Positions 1-12,679 of a stretch of 64,000 nt of DNA are shown here, in pieces. The DNA is from Felis catus (Eukaryota). The stretch covers positions 69,194,001 to 69,258,000 of the forward strand of contig NC_058368.1 in NCBI RefSeq assembly GCF_018350175.1. Direction: 5' to 3'. The notes beneath the pieces were generated by a model. That model saw nothing but the letters and a program-made list of their open reading frames with translations, searched no databases and had not been told where the DNA came from. How positions within the stretch are numbered: the stretch's first letter is position 1; each line of letters starts with the position of its first letter. Both the position numbers and the translations under genes were made by a program.

Positions 1-1484
1 AGCAAAGTCGCAGGATATAAAATTAATGCACAGAAATCGGTTGCATTCCTATACACCAAAAATGAAGCAACAGAAAGAGAAATCAAGGAATTGATCCCAT
101 TTACAGTTGCACAAAAAACCATAAGATACCTAGGAATAAATCTAACCAAAGAGGTGAAAAATCTAAACACTGAAAACTATAGAAAGCTTACGAAAGAAAT
201 TGAAGAAGACACAAAAAAATGGAAAAATATTCCATGCTCCTTGATAGGAAGAACAAATGTTGTTGAAATGTCGATACTACCCAAAGCAATCTACATATTC
301 AATGCAATCCCTATCAAAGTAACACCAGCATTCTCCACAGAGCTAGAACAAATAATTCTAAAATTTGTATGGAACCAGAAAAGACCCCGAATAGCCAAAG
401 CAATCTTGAAAAAGAAAACCAAAGCGGGAGGCATCATAATCCCAGACTTCAATTCCCAGATTACAAAGCTGTAATCATCAAGACAGTAGGGTACTGGCAC
501 AAGAACAGACACTCAGATCAATGGAACAGAATAGAGAACCCAGAAACGGACCCATAAATGTATGGCCAACTAATCTTTGACAAAGCAGGAAAGAATATCC
601 AATGGAATAAAGACAGTCTCTTCAGCAAGTGATGCTGGGAAAACTGGACAGCGACATGCAGAAGAATGAATCTGGACCACTTTTTTACACCAGACACAAA
701 AATAAACTCAAAATGGATGAAAGACCTCAGTGTAACACAGGAAGCCATCAAAATCCTCGAGCAGAAAGCAGGCAAAAACCTCTTTGATCTTTCCCACAGC
801 AACATCTCCAGAGGCAAGGGAAACAAAAGCAAAAATGAACTACTGGGACCTCATCAAAATAAAAAGCTTCTGCACAGCGAAGGAAACAATCAGCAAAACT
901 AAAAGACAACCGACAGAATGGGAGAAGATATTTGCAAACGACATATCAGATAAAGGGTTAGTATCCAAAATCTATAAAGAACTTATCAAACTCAGCACCC
1001 AAAAAACAAATAATCCAGTGAAAAATGGGGAAAAGACATAAATAGACATTTCTCCAAGGAAGACATCCAGATGGCCAACCGATACATGAAAAAATGCTCA
1101 ACATCACTCATCATCAGGGAAATACAAATCAAAACCACAATGAGATATCACCTTACACCTGTCAAAATGGCTAATGTTAACAACTCGGGCAACAACAGAT
1201 GTTGGCAAGGATGCAGAGAAAGAGGATCTCTTTTGCACTGCTGGTGGGAATGCAAACTGGTGCAGCCACTGTGGAAAACAGTACGGAGTTTCCTCAAAAA
1301 ACTAAAAATAGAACTACCCTACAACCCAGCAATTGCACTCCTAGGCATTTATCCATGGGATACAGGTGTGCTATTTCAAAGGGATACATGCACCCCTATG
1401 TTTATAGCAACACTATCAACAATAGCCAAAGTATTGAAAGAGCACAAATGTCCATCAATGGATAATTGGATAAAGAAAATGTGG

Positions 1485-1518
<34 letters not shown>

Positions 1519-1901
1519 ATGGAGTATTACTCGGCAATCAACAAGAATGAAATCTTGCCATTTGCAACTACGTGGATGGAACTGGAGGATATTATGCTAA
1601 GTGAAATTAGTCAGAGAAAGACAAAAATCATATGACTTTACTCATATGAGGACTTTAAGAGACAAAACAGATGAACATAAGGGAAAGGAAACAAAAATAA
1701 CATAAAAACAGGGAGGGGGACAAAACAGAAGAGACTCATAAATATGGAGAACAAACTGAGGGTTACTGGAGGGGTTGTGGGAGGGGGGATGGGCTAAATG
1801 ATTAAGGAGCATTAAGGAATCTACTCCTGAAATCATTGTTTCACTATATGCTAACTAATTTGGATGTAAATTTTAAAAAATAAAAAAAGAAAGAAAAAAA
1901 A
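1..1901 (+). mobile_element. LINE-1 (carnivore/felid type): 3' part of ORF2 (disrupted), 3' UTR and A-rich tail
   Basis: ORF2 peptides [30 protein letters not shown] and [14 protein letters not shown] are split across frames. G-rich 3' UTR and A-tail at ~1875-1901. Confidence 0.97.
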
Positions 1902-2278
1902 GGCTTAGGGCAGAAAGCTGCCACCACAGGGCAAAAGCACCCAAGGTTAGTTAGCAAGATATTATAATGGGATCACAAGTAACTTGTTATATCACCTGCA
2001 GGAAACTACTTTCCATCTGGTGCCAATGTACTTTGATCACAACTTCAAACTCCACTTGCCCCCAGACCCTTTGCTTCTTAACACACAAGTTAGTGATTAC
2101 TATCGGATTGTTTTCTGCACATTCGCTACGTGTGTAATATCTTGAGAGCTCAATAAATACGGAGACAAAACCCCTGTTCAGGGCTCTTGTCGCTCCCAGG
2201 CATTAGCCTCTCTTGTATTCAATTCCACATCCATTCTCTTGCTGGACAAGAGAGAACTCCAGACTCAGAGTCTGTGAC
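1902..2278 (+). mobile_element. ERV LTR fragment (3' part), abutting the L1 tail
   Basis: AATAAA at ~2152, U5-like tract, ends ...gtctgtgaca (CA terminus). Confidence 0.6.
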
Positions 2279-2280
2279 AC

Positions 2281-2399
2281 CCAAGAATCATTTCTCAACC
2301 CCTCCACTTAGCTACCCAATATACCCTGTTGCAGGATTTTCCATAATTATACAGCAGTCCCTCATGAGTAATGACAGAATGTCCTTTGATGCTGAGCAC
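2281..2399 (-). pseudogene. Fossil exon, start of CNBD4, ending at an LTR
   Basis: CSASKDILSLLMRDCCIIMENPATGYIG (cf. F..C...LL..L...L....Y.PG.YI). The sequence then runs into the LTR at ~2278. Confidence 0.6.
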
Positions 2400-3019
2400 C
2401 TGAGCTTCACCCATAATAAGTTATTTGATAAATGTAAGTGGAAGCAGAGTGTGTTGTAGGGATGTCAAGGGCAGGGATGCTTTACAGCCTTTGTTCTTGA
2501 CTTTTCTCAGTTAAAAAGTAAATCTTTAATATTTTCGATTATGCATTTGTGTGGATCATTTCATTCTGGACACAGAGTATTAGACTTTAAGCATTCCTCT
2601 TATGTTTTTAAAACAACGCTAATTTTTAAAAAATCAAGACCACCCCGATTACAAGGCAACTCTTTCCATTCCCAAAAGAAATGTATGTTACTCCTTACTA
2701 GGATACTTCATGTATGATTCAAATACAATTTTAAGTCTACTACATAAGGGCAAGGGCCATTATATTTTCGTATCACCTACCTATAGTACTTATTTTAGGC
2801 TACATTCTAAAGAAACCTAAAAGGAAAAGGTTACAAATGTCCTCAGTTCAAAGCTCCCCTGGGGTGAACGGCTTGATCTCTGCCCCAGAATTTTTAATTT
2901 TATATAAAAGGTGGGTTGACATTTAAACAAACAAACAAAAAATCTTCTTAATTAGCCAGAATAAATCATTGTGCATTTCTGGCCATATGCTCCCAGAACA
3001 GAACCTTTGAAAGGCGTAC

Positions 3020-3111
3020 CCGAGGTGGGAAATTCAGACAAAACCACACGGAGTCATGTGAGAGGACGGATCACAGATCGCCAGGCAGCCTTTACAGGAA
3101 CTGCTTCTCAC
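3020..3111 (-). pseudogene. Fossil exon, repeat IV C-linker
   Basis: 92 bp, phase-1 start matching the previous exon: EKQFL*RLPGDL*SVLSHD (cf. E.E.L..LP..LR.EI). Confidence 0.7.
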
Positions 3112-3233
3112 CTATTAAGCCGGATTTTCTTGAGCGAAGCAGCTGTGTGAAAGCCCTTTTTTGTTAGCACTCTTCCTATTGTGAGGAAATTGAAAGACAC
3201 AAAAACGTTCAGGAATCAGAACATTTCCATGAC

Positions 3234-3289
3234 CTTAGATGACGCTTAAATATTCCCTATGCTTCACATCATCTGGGAGGTTTTGCTTC
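3234..3289 (-). pseudogene. Fossil exon, repeat IV C-linker
   Basis: 56 bp, phase 2-1: KQNLPDDVKHREYLSVI*G (C-linker pattern ..LP.DL..R...Y). Confidence 0.65.
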
Positions 3290-3837
3290 CTGACGCAAAG
3301 GAGAAAATCGCTGTCCCTGCGATGAGGAATATCAGGCAGGGCACAGCTAGGCCTTCCAACACCCAGGACTTGAACAGGCTGGAGACCTGGGCCTTCTCTC
3401 AGGGCTAAAGGAGGCTTTGTCCCCATTAAGATACCAGCTTTGTGAAACCAATCAGGGCTCAGCTGTGATGGAGACCAGGGGACTGACACCGGCTTGGGTG
3501 CTCCAAGGGGCTTTTCCAGAGGCAGGAAATGCGTCATTTGTCTTTACATGTTGGTGGTGCGCACCCCCAAGCCCTGGGCCTGTCTGCCCCTAGTGCGTTT
3601 CTCTCTTCCTGCTTCCTCCTTCCTGCTTCCAACGCAGCTCTCACACCACACCAGGGCCTCACTGGGCCCCTGTTGCTTCCCATCTTAATACTTCTGCCTG
3701 TGCTCCTCCATTACCTGGAATGCCATTTTGATATCCCACCCTGGCCCCTTCACCTGACAACTTGCTGTTCAAGTCTTAAAATTTAGCTCCATCACCTCTT
3801 CCAGGAAGCCTTCTCTGACTCCCCTCCCTACAGCTGG

Positions 3838-4182
3838 GCTTTGTGAGGGCTATAAGGAAGAATCTGCTCCACGCCTGTTGCAGCTTCTGGTAGTTTTCTG
3901 GCAGTTTCTGGTGTTTGTTGGCTTGTAGAAGCATTGCCCCAGTCTCTGTCTCCATCTTTCACATGGTGTTCTCTTTGTCTGCTTGTGTGTTTCCAGGGCC
4001 CCCCTTGTTACAGAGACACCAGTCGTACTAGACGAGGGCCCTCCCCAATGACCTCATTTTAACTTGATTACCTCACTAAAGACTTTATATCCAAATACAG
4101 TCACATTCTGAGGTACTGAGATTCAACATACGAATTGGGTGGAGCTGGGGGGGGGGGGTGGGCACACGTTTTAACCCATAAC
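3838..4182 (-). mobile_element. MaLR LTR (MLT1-like)
   Basis: Reverse complement begins tgttatgggttaa and carries the typical MLT1 blocks (cctcagaatgtgactgtatttgga). Confidence 0.8.
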
Positions 4183-4517
4183 AGACTCCATTATTTTTAT
4201 TTCCATAAAGCCCTTGATACATCCCTATCACCACTTTATAACTGTACAACCAAAGAACTATTTTCTCCACCGGAGTGTGAGCTTCTTTGCAGAAGGTACT
4301 GTGTTATGTGATCTTTATACACCCAACGCCCAATGGCACAACGTAGGAGCCAAATGGATGGATGAAGGAATGAATGAGTGAATGAATGAATGAGTGAACA
4401 GGGCCATTGAGAAGAACCAAAACGTTATGAATAAGCTATGTGCAGATTCACTTCAGAGCCAAGTTAAATGTGCAATTTTGTGTTTGTTTATAGATATGAA
4501 ATTGTACATCACAACAC

Positions 4518-4841
4518 ATGCGGGTGTAATTCGTGAGCTTTAACCACCAACCCCTCCTCAGTTGTGTATTTATAAAGTTTTTCTCAGCTCTGAACCAGGG
4601 CCTTGCCTTTCCTTTTGCCTTTCTGGTTTTATCACCAAGAGAAGGCTTCTTCTGAAGCCTTCCTCTTTCCCACCCCAATAAGTGGTTTCTCTGAACCAGG
4701 CCCGTTTAGTAAATGCAGGGCACTTCTCGGTGCTCCCCATGCTGATCCTGTTTCCATCGCTATTTCTGTTCCTGTTGTCTTTGCACGACTCCATGCAATG
4801 ACGGCACTTCTTGCTTGGCTAGTTCCTCCACTGGGGGAGGT
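4518..4841 (-). pseudogene. Fossil exon, insertion within the repeat IV C-linker
   Basis: 324 bp, phase 2-2, two stops: PPPVEELAKQEVPSLHGVVQRQ...WLKLTNYTRM, joining KQNLP of the next exon. The donor is weak (gtgttg). Confidence 0.45.
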
Positions 4842-5592
4842 CTGGTCGGGAAGGGAAGGGCAGGGCCCCAGGCAAAATGCTGCCCAGAAGACCGTCCCAC
4901 CCCCACATCACTGAGAGATGTTGATTTCCTAACTATTTCCCAATTCTCACTGCAAATATTTGCACAGCAAATACAGAGACCTCAGACCCAGCCACTCTGG
5001 GGAAATGGCAGCTTAGCTGGCCCTCAGATGCAGACAAACTCTCGGGCTGTTTCACTACCATGGCATTTGTGTTAAAATGCTTAGAATGTTTTTCAAAAGC
5101 TCTGGGCAATCTCCAAATTTGAGTTTGCTCTGGTCCCTTCTTCATCATTCTGTGCTATTTACCCCTCTAGAAGCCTTTCTTACCTGTCTATCAGAAGGGC
5201 CCGGCACCCGACACAATATAGTCAGGTGCAGGAAAGAAGATATAACATACGTGCACATGTCTTTGTTTTTTTTAATTACATACTGACCTGAGTCCTACAA
5301 ATACTTTTAATTAACATACACACTTACATTAAAGTTCAAGAATAAAACTCGTGCCAGGAGTGCTAGTGCGGCTCTCAGTGTTCCTAGGAGGGGAAAGCAC
5401 TGACAGAAGCATCAGTCCGTTTGGAAATCTGCTCCTGACTTACATAAGGACTAGCTGAGCTGACCCTTTCAGTGACTTAACCTCAGGCTGTCTCCGGAGA
5501 TCATGCTTAGCAGGTTTGATGTTCCAACCTTTTCTCTGCCACTTCTTAGCCGTGGGGCCTTCGGCAAGCTACTCCATGCACTCTTCTTAAGG

Positions 5593-5796
5593 TGGGAAAA
5601 TGCATAGGTGGGGCTCACCCCCACCACCCGCACGACTACCACCCACCCCGGGCACCTCTGATCGTACCCCCAGTATGTTCCACATTCTGATGGGAAAATG
5701 CATAGGTGGGGCTCACCCCCACCACCCCCACGACTACCACCCACCCCAGGCACCATTTGCACCTCTGATCGTACCCCCAGTATGTTCCACATTCTG
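5593..5796. repeat. Local tandem duplication of ~98 bp
   Basis: 5593-5689 is repeated at 5691-5796; the second copy has 9 extra bases. Confidence 0.95.
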
Positions 5797-6191
5797 GCCT
5801 TTATAAGGAATGGCAATAAAAGAAAAAGTTGGGAGTTAGGGAAAGAGCAGGTAAGAAATGAGAAGAAAGAAAAAGAAATAAAGGCAATAAAGGGAAAGAA
5901 AAGGGTGAGGAAGGGAATATTCCTTAGGAAATTGAACATACTCACAAGAAGGGAAGAAGTGTTTTAAAAATCAGTAGACAAGTTTTTCATACTCCTCTCT
6001 CATGTACACACATATACACTAAAGCCCAAAATACACAAATTGCTATTTTACAACAGCCCATAAAGAAAATTCTAAATATTCTGCCCAAACCCCAAAACAA
6101 TGAGTCCATGATTCAGGTTAGACTATGCATCTGTACATATTAATATTTTTATTTTGTTTTGTTCACTAACACAAGCCCGAAGACACAATAC

Positions 6192-6349
6192 CTTGGGTCC
6201 ACCTTCAGAAATGCAATGGCATATTCTGTCTTCCTAATGTTCTTGGATACTGATGGAAGCTAACAGGCTCAAATAACCCCCACTGGATCAAAAACCCCAA
6301 TAGAAGAAGCTCCAATAGTTTCTTCAAGAGAATCTGCTTTGATGTTGTC
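6192..6349 (-). pseudogene. Fossil exon, repeat IV post-pore / S6
   Basis: 158 bp, phase 0-2: DNIKADSLEETIGASSIGVFDPVGVI*AC*LPSVSKNIRKTEYAIAFLKVDP (cf. EAG GNIAP.T..EKIF...I). Confidence 0.65.
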
Positions 6350-6859
6350 CTTTGCAGGGACGGGGAGGGGGGCGGCGGAGGGAAGACAAATGGAGGGAGG
6401 GAGGAAGAAATGGGGGAAGAGGCAGGAAGGGACAGAGTGGGGTATGGGAAAGGATGGGAGAGAGGGAGGAAGAAAGGAGGAGGTTGGTCTTTGATCAGAA
6501 GGCTGAAGGCGCACATTGGAAATGAGGGTGATGTGCGTGGCCAGCTATGATTTTGACATCAATCAATAGATTGTCATTGGCCTGTTAGGTGACAGCTGCT
6601 CTATTCACACTGCACCTCCCCCAAGTCCCACACAGGGCCCAGTGTAGTGTTCTGAATGGCAGTTCATTCACTGAGCACCCTGCAGGCACTGTGCCCAATG
6701 ACACACTGTTCCAACTCCCACGAAGTTCACCCTCTGGAGGGGAAGAGAGATGGGCATTGACGGGAACCTAAAATACCCCAGTTCTATTCAAACACACAAA
6801 TATAAATTCATACACACTCAAACACGCACTTTTCAGCCCCAATTTCCACTTCTCATTAC

Positions 6860-7049
6860 TGGAGAATTAGAAAAGAGTGTCGATCTCTCCGGGTAGATAA
6901 GCCCTACAGGCTCCAGGGAGTCTACATAATGGTTCATGGTGGGCATGTTCGCTATGCACACTCTTGATGTCTAGAGTCCAAGGGGAGAGGACTTGGGGTT
7001 TACCCTGGATTCTGAAGGGCACATATGGTAGCATCGCTGGGTATGTTGT
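6860..7049 (-). pseudogene. Fossil exon, repeat IV S5 / pore helix
   Basis: TTYPAMLPYVPF (cf. TNYPNMFRI) and, after a frameshift, MNHYVDSL...STLFSNSP (cf. KYVYSLYWSTLTL). Donor gtaatg. Confidence 0.55.
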
Positions 7050-8407
7050 CTGTTAATTTATAGAGAAAAAAAAAGAAGGTTAGAGACTGAATATTCCTTT
7101 GTAATCTTTTTTTTCAAAACGCCAACTGAAGGTTCCAGATGATAAAAGAATTTTTTGTTAATGTTTTAGATGTCTATCTAAGCCCCTGTGCATGCTAATG
7201 GGTATTTCTTCTTAATCCAAATGACAGAGCTCTACATAACTCATAAAGAAAAGTTGCTCTATTGTGGTGCTCCATTTTACTAATTCAGAAACCTGACATT
7301 TCTGGAGGAGCAGCGACAAGTAATTTCACGATGATAAATTCTATAAGACAAAATACTCTGCTCTATGGAGTTCAGGAGTAATTTAAAAGAAAGATAAACA
7401 GTTCCAACATTTAATGGGTAAACAGATGTGGCAGGATAATTTATTGAGATATTAATCTGTGATTTTTTTTTTCTTGGTCCTATAAGAGCCTGGCAAGATG
7501 GGAAGGAATTGTCCTTCTCCCAGGCAAGAAGGTAGGCATGTTCTGAATGTGGACTCCTTTGCCTGTGTTATTAACAGTATCTCATTTTGATACCTACAGT
7601 CAAAGCTGCCAAGCACCCACCAATGAAAAGAGCTGTGGCTTCAGAGAGCAGCAAAATCAGAGTGGCCTGGCTTAGAAGGATGGACAAAGTCCCCCAAGAT
7701 GGCAGATGCGGGACTAGTTGTGATTCTGCAAGTGGCAGATATCCGTACACTAAATGTTCACAGAATCCCAAGAAAACAGGGAGACCGGAAAGATCTCGGA
7801 GGGGTGGTACCCATCTTTCCCTAAATAGCTTCATTTGAACTACCTTGGTCATAAGTACTCAATGTTGCAATCCCAGCCTCTTCCCCAGTGTTATCTTTGG
7901 TCATGAGAACTCCAAACTTGCACTGGTCCAGGCTTCACTCCTCAGCAATTCGTTCTGTTAAACCACCTCTGGTTACATTTCAAAGATTGGTCACAAAACT
8001 TAGCCATCTCTTCTCATAGAGAAGTGGAATCTGCATGTGTCTAACTCTGGGATCTGGCTTTGGCCATGATTTGGCCAACATAACACATGGAGAACCTGAA
8101 AAGTGCCTGCTCATTTGGGCTTCTCTTCTCTTATGGCTTTTAGAACATAGCTCACAAGTGCAGAAGCCTGAGATTGACTGGTAGATAGATGCTGGACAAA
8201 CACGACCCAGTGGCCTGCATTACCACAGCCAACCACCAGACATGTGAGTGAGGCCACCGAGACCAACAGCCCCCAGGAGATTCTTCCCTCAGCTCTCTGG
8301 TTTGCTAAGTAATGTAAAATAAAAGTTGCCATCAAGCACTTTCCCAGGCCAATGGCTATGAATTAGCCACTCACATAAGTTACTTTTCTTGTAAAAAAGT
8401 AATCCTA

Positions 8408-10270
8408 ATGAACATGAAAGACATTACGCCAAGTGAAATAAGCCAGTCTCAGGACAAATACTGTAGGATTCCATTTACATGAAATCTGAAATAGTCAAAC
8501 TCATAGAAGCAGAGAATAGAATAGTGGTTGTCAGGGGCTGGGGAGGGGGGGCATGCAGGCTTCTTCAATAGGTATAGTTTTGTGTATGCAAGATGAGTAA
8601 GTTCTAGAGAACTGCTGTGCAAACATAGTGCCAGAGTGCCTACAGTTAACGATACCAGTGCCATATACTTAAAAATTGGTTGAGAGGGTAGATCTCCTGT
8701 CAAGTGTTCTTACCAAGTTATCCTTTCTCCTCTGATACAGGTTTGATCTTTTATTGCAAACTAAAAGTCGATAGATAGATAGATAGATAGATAGATCTAT
8801 TTCTGGATTTTCTATTCTATTTCTTTGATATGTCTCTCTTTACTGTAACACTATATTATCTTTATTACTAAAAATATTGTAATAATTTTTGAATCAGCTA
8901 GTACTTTTGGTTCTTTGTCAAAGTCCCCTTGCCTATTTTAGGTTCCTTGCAGTTCCATAAGAATTGTAAAATTAGGTTTTGTATTTGTACAAAAATTCCT
9001 GCTGGAATTTCTTTGAAACTGTGCTGAATCCCTAGATCAATTTGGGGGGAACTGACATGTTAACAATATTTTATCTTCTGACCCATAAACACATTTATTC
9101 AGGTATTCTTTCATTTCTCCCAACTGTGTCTTATAGCTTTCAGTATACATGCATTGTGTATCTTTTGGCAGATTTATCCCTAAGCATTTTACGTTTTCAG
9201 TGCTTATTCATATTATACTTCATTTTTGGATTATTCATTCCTAGTTTATAGAAATGCAATTAATTTTCATATATTGACCTCGTACTATGAAATTTTCCTA
9301 AACACACTAATTAACCTAGTAGCTCTTTTGTGCATTTCATCAAATTTCCTTCACAAATGATTATATCATAGGCAAATACATTTTTACGTCTTCCCTCACA
9401 ATCTGGATTCCATTTATTTCTTTTTCTTACCAGCTACACTGCCTAGACTTCCAGCATAATGTTGAATACAAGTGATGAAAGCAGACCTCCTTGCATTATT
9501 CCTGATCTTACGGAGAAAACATTGAGTCTTTCACTGTTAAGAATGTTAGCTATAGATTTTTCACAGATGCCTTCTATCATGTTAAGAAAGTTCCTTTCTA
9601 ATCTTAGTTTTCTGGGAGTTCATATCAGGAATGAATGTTGAATTTCATTAAGTGCTTCTTCTGCACCTACTGAGATGATAAGATGGTTTGTCTTTTATTA
9701 TTTTGTTAATATGGTAAATGACATTGACTTTCATATGTTAAACCAAGCTTGCATTCATTGGATCAACTCCACCTAGATAAATCTCCTTTTGTGTATTGAT
9801 GGATTTTATTTGCTAAAACTTTGTCCTGATTTTTTTTGCATCCATAAGGAATATTATTCTATAGTTTCTTTTGACCCCTTTCCATTATGAAATGACAGCT
9901 CTCTATCTCTGTTATCTTTTTTTGCTCAAAATCTGCTTTGTCAGATATTGTAGCCACTTCTTCCTTCAGATTAATGTTAACATGCTCTATCCTTTTCCAC
10001 ACTTAGTTTAAACGTGTTTGTGTTTTTATATTTAAAATGGGTTTAAAGTGTGTTTCTTGTGAGCAGTGTAAAATTGGGTCTTTTTTAAATCTAATGTAAA
10101 AATATCTGCTTTTTAATTGAGTGTTTAGACCATTTATATTTAATGTGATTATTTATACAGTTACACTTAAATCTGTTATCTCGCCATTTGCTCCGTGTGT
10201 CCTATTGACTCTGTTTCTTTTTTTCTCTTTAGCTACATTTTTATGGATTCTTTTTTACTTCTTTCATTTT
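8408..10270. mobile_element. Old L1M fragments (3' end on +, then a long degraded minus-strand piece)
   Basis: aagtgaaataagccagtc...gattccatttacatgaa is the L1M 3' motif, followed by T-rich antisense L1-like sequence. Confidence 0.7.
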
Positions 10271-11389
10271 TTTTTTGATTTTTCAGAAATGCAGATTAAA
10301 CTCAATATATTAAAAAAGACACTCAACTCAATACATGAAAAAGGAAGTCACTCTAAAAATGAAAGAGACTCCTTTAGGAAGTAGTGAGTTCCTTGATATA
10401 AGTGTTCAACAAATGTGATGTAACCCCTTGTCAAGGAGGACCACTCTATTTAAAACAACACTGCTCACATTCACCCCACTATCCCTAGCTCCCTCCCTAT
10501 TTCATTTTTTTTTCCACAGCACATATCACTTTCTACTATAGTGCATAACTTAATTGTGCATATGCTTATTATTGGTCCTCCTTTACTAGATGTAAACTCT
10601 GTGTGGGCAGGGTTATTTTTATTTTGTTTTGTTTTATCTGATTTGTTCACTATTGTATCCACTGCACATGGTAAACACTTGTAAATATTAGTTGAAAGAA
10701 CGAATGAATCAGTCAGATAATCAGATGGGAGGTTAAAACCTGTGAGCTCTAAAGGTTCCGAACATTGTTAAAATTAAATATTGGTGAGTCTATATTTGGG
10801 CACTTCCTTCTTCTCCTTCCTCCCTTTCTCCACTCCTACCCAAGAAAATCACTTACCCATCCTTCATCACATGTACAAAGCCAGCACCATACATCTAACG
10901 CTAACCTTGGCAGGCCCAGCGTCTGATGGCAAGGAGTTCCTTAGCCATGATTTACTATTAAATCTTAATCACAGACTTCTCCTACAATCAAGAGCCTTGA
11001 TTAAGTCCATTCACAGTCCTGTAAGGTCAGCAATGAGGAGGAGGCAGAAAGAGTAGGGGAATCAGAGGGTAACAATCATTTATATCTCTGTAACTTGGAC
11101 CGAGCAACTATTTCATTTCTTGTTAGTCCCTAAGTGATTACATGCCGGGATTCTTACTCTCCTGTCACGTGCCTTCCCTCTCAGAGATTTTTCTGCTGTG
11201 AGCCTCACTGCCAACCACTGTTCCCAGGGGAGAGGCTATCACCTAGAAGGTTCCCATACAAAAAGCAAGCAAAGCCAAGAATGAACCTGGTCAGGCAGGA
11301 GGGATTCCTTCTCAGTTCAACATGTTAGTGATGAAGAGGGGAAAATCAGCACTTCCGTGCCCACCATCAATGATTCCGTGTGTTCTTAC

Positions 11390-11569
11390 CAAGGCACACT
11401 TTCTTCCCGAAATTAAAGTAAGCTTTCAGCTTCCCTAGCAGGATTTTGACTGTTCTTGGAAGCAGCTGTCTGACTGCATCTTGATGATGAGGCTAAGGTT
11501 GAAGCTCTCCATTCTCTCTTTTGCTTTTTCTATGAGCCCACCACCATGTGGGATATTTTGGTCTTGAAC
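11390..11569 (-). pseudogene. Fossil exon, repeat IV S4
   Basis: 180 bp, acceptor ttttcttagtcag, donor ttg|gtaaga. VRQLLPRTVKILLGKLKAYFNF (cf. CNGB S4 RLPR.LK...FFEF). Confidence 0.6.
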
Positions 11570-12199
11570 CTGACTAAGAAAACTAAAGTAGCCCTGGCAA
11601 AGCCATTACACTGGGAAAGTTTGGTTGTTACTCAGAACGTTCTACTCACTAACCAGCTCTTATCAAGTTCATACCATCTACAAAGCCCTCTGAGGATAAC
11701 TTGTCTTGAAGGAAATGTATAACCTTGGACAAAACAATGTTTTAAGCAGCCCCCCCCCAACAAAATGGCCATGAGCCTTGGGGGTGGCTGAACCCCATCT
11801 TATGGGAATCCAGAAAGTCTCCAGGGAAAAGTAGCTCTGGAGAGAAGCCTAAAAGGAGGAGACATATTTCAACAGGTGGAGATGGGGGTGTGAATAGAAA
11901 ATGTTCATCTAAACTTCTCAAACATTCACACCTTTAAATTTTCCACTGAAATGTGTTGGGCTTAATTAATTCAGTCTAAACCCCTCATTTGCCTCTTTTC
12001 TCTCTCCGTAAACTGCAGTGGAATGGGAACAATGTGTTCCTGCTTCCTCCCACTGGTTCGTAGAAGTGGCAAACAGAAGGGGCAATGTTGACAGGGTTAG
12101 TCACGGACTCCACTCTTGACATGTGGCCCTGGTTGTGGAGTGCTGCTCCCCAATCTCAGAAAATAGAGCAGCACTGATGTTTTTAAACCAAAAATATGC

Positions 12200-12342
12200 C
12201 TAAGCCAAGTAAGTTTTGCGAGACTGTTCTGGCAGGACCCTCTTATGTTTCGATTATTCCCAAAGGCATCGCTTTCATTTGTCAGCTGCAGCTCCTCATG
12301 TCTGGAGCACAGGTCACTCACAGCATCGGGTTGTAGTCGCAC
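12200..12342 (-). pseudogene. Candidate fossil exon, repeat IV
   Basis: Acceptor ctgtaag; lies between the S2 and S4 exons. Frame and donor unresolved. Confidence 0.35.
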
Positions 12343-12467
12343 CTTACAGGTATTCAGGTACCCCACAAGGTCAAAGCAAGTGCCCAGGAATAGAACAGAG
12401 CCCACCATTGAACTGTCCCGGAGACCCAGCCTTCTGCCCCCACTCGGGCACTTCTCTCAGGGCCCAC

Positions 12468-12679
12468 CTTTCATCTGCGTGTTGCAAGAAAAGGCAAATG
12501 ATGTCTGTGTTCTTTTCTGTGCGTTCATTAACTAGTTCTGCAACTGAGACATTGTCATCGACAACTGAACAAATGTTCATGGTTCTTCTCATTTCCTTTG
12601 AAATCAAGATAACTCTTGATAACTCAAGATAACTCTTGATAACTCCAGACAAACCCGTGTCTAGAACATACCATCAGGA
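12468..12679 (-). pseudogene. Fossil exon, repeat IV S1-S2, with a 20-bp frameshifting duplication
   Basis: Acceptor tttgtttttag. Removing one 20-bp copy gives 192 bp, phase 2-2: PDGMF*TRVCLELSRVILI...CSVVDDNVSVAELVNERT (cf. EAG S2 IVD..F..DI..NFRT). Confidence 0.65.

Noticed and set aside
91..1550. L1 ORF2 ORFs as host or active genes
   Set aside because: Fragmented by stops and frameshifts; a retrotransposon remnant.
7571..7852. 93-aa hydrophobic minus-strand ORF (ERWVPPLRDLSGLPVFLGF...)
   Set aside because: No convincing splice sites or channel motif, and the exon chain is coherent without it. Treated as a chance ORF.
12468..12679. WYVLDTGLSGVIKSY reading, resembling DEAH-helicase or subtilase motifs
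   Set aside because: No other helicase or protease motifs occur nearby. The alternative frame fits channel S1-S2 and the exon phases.
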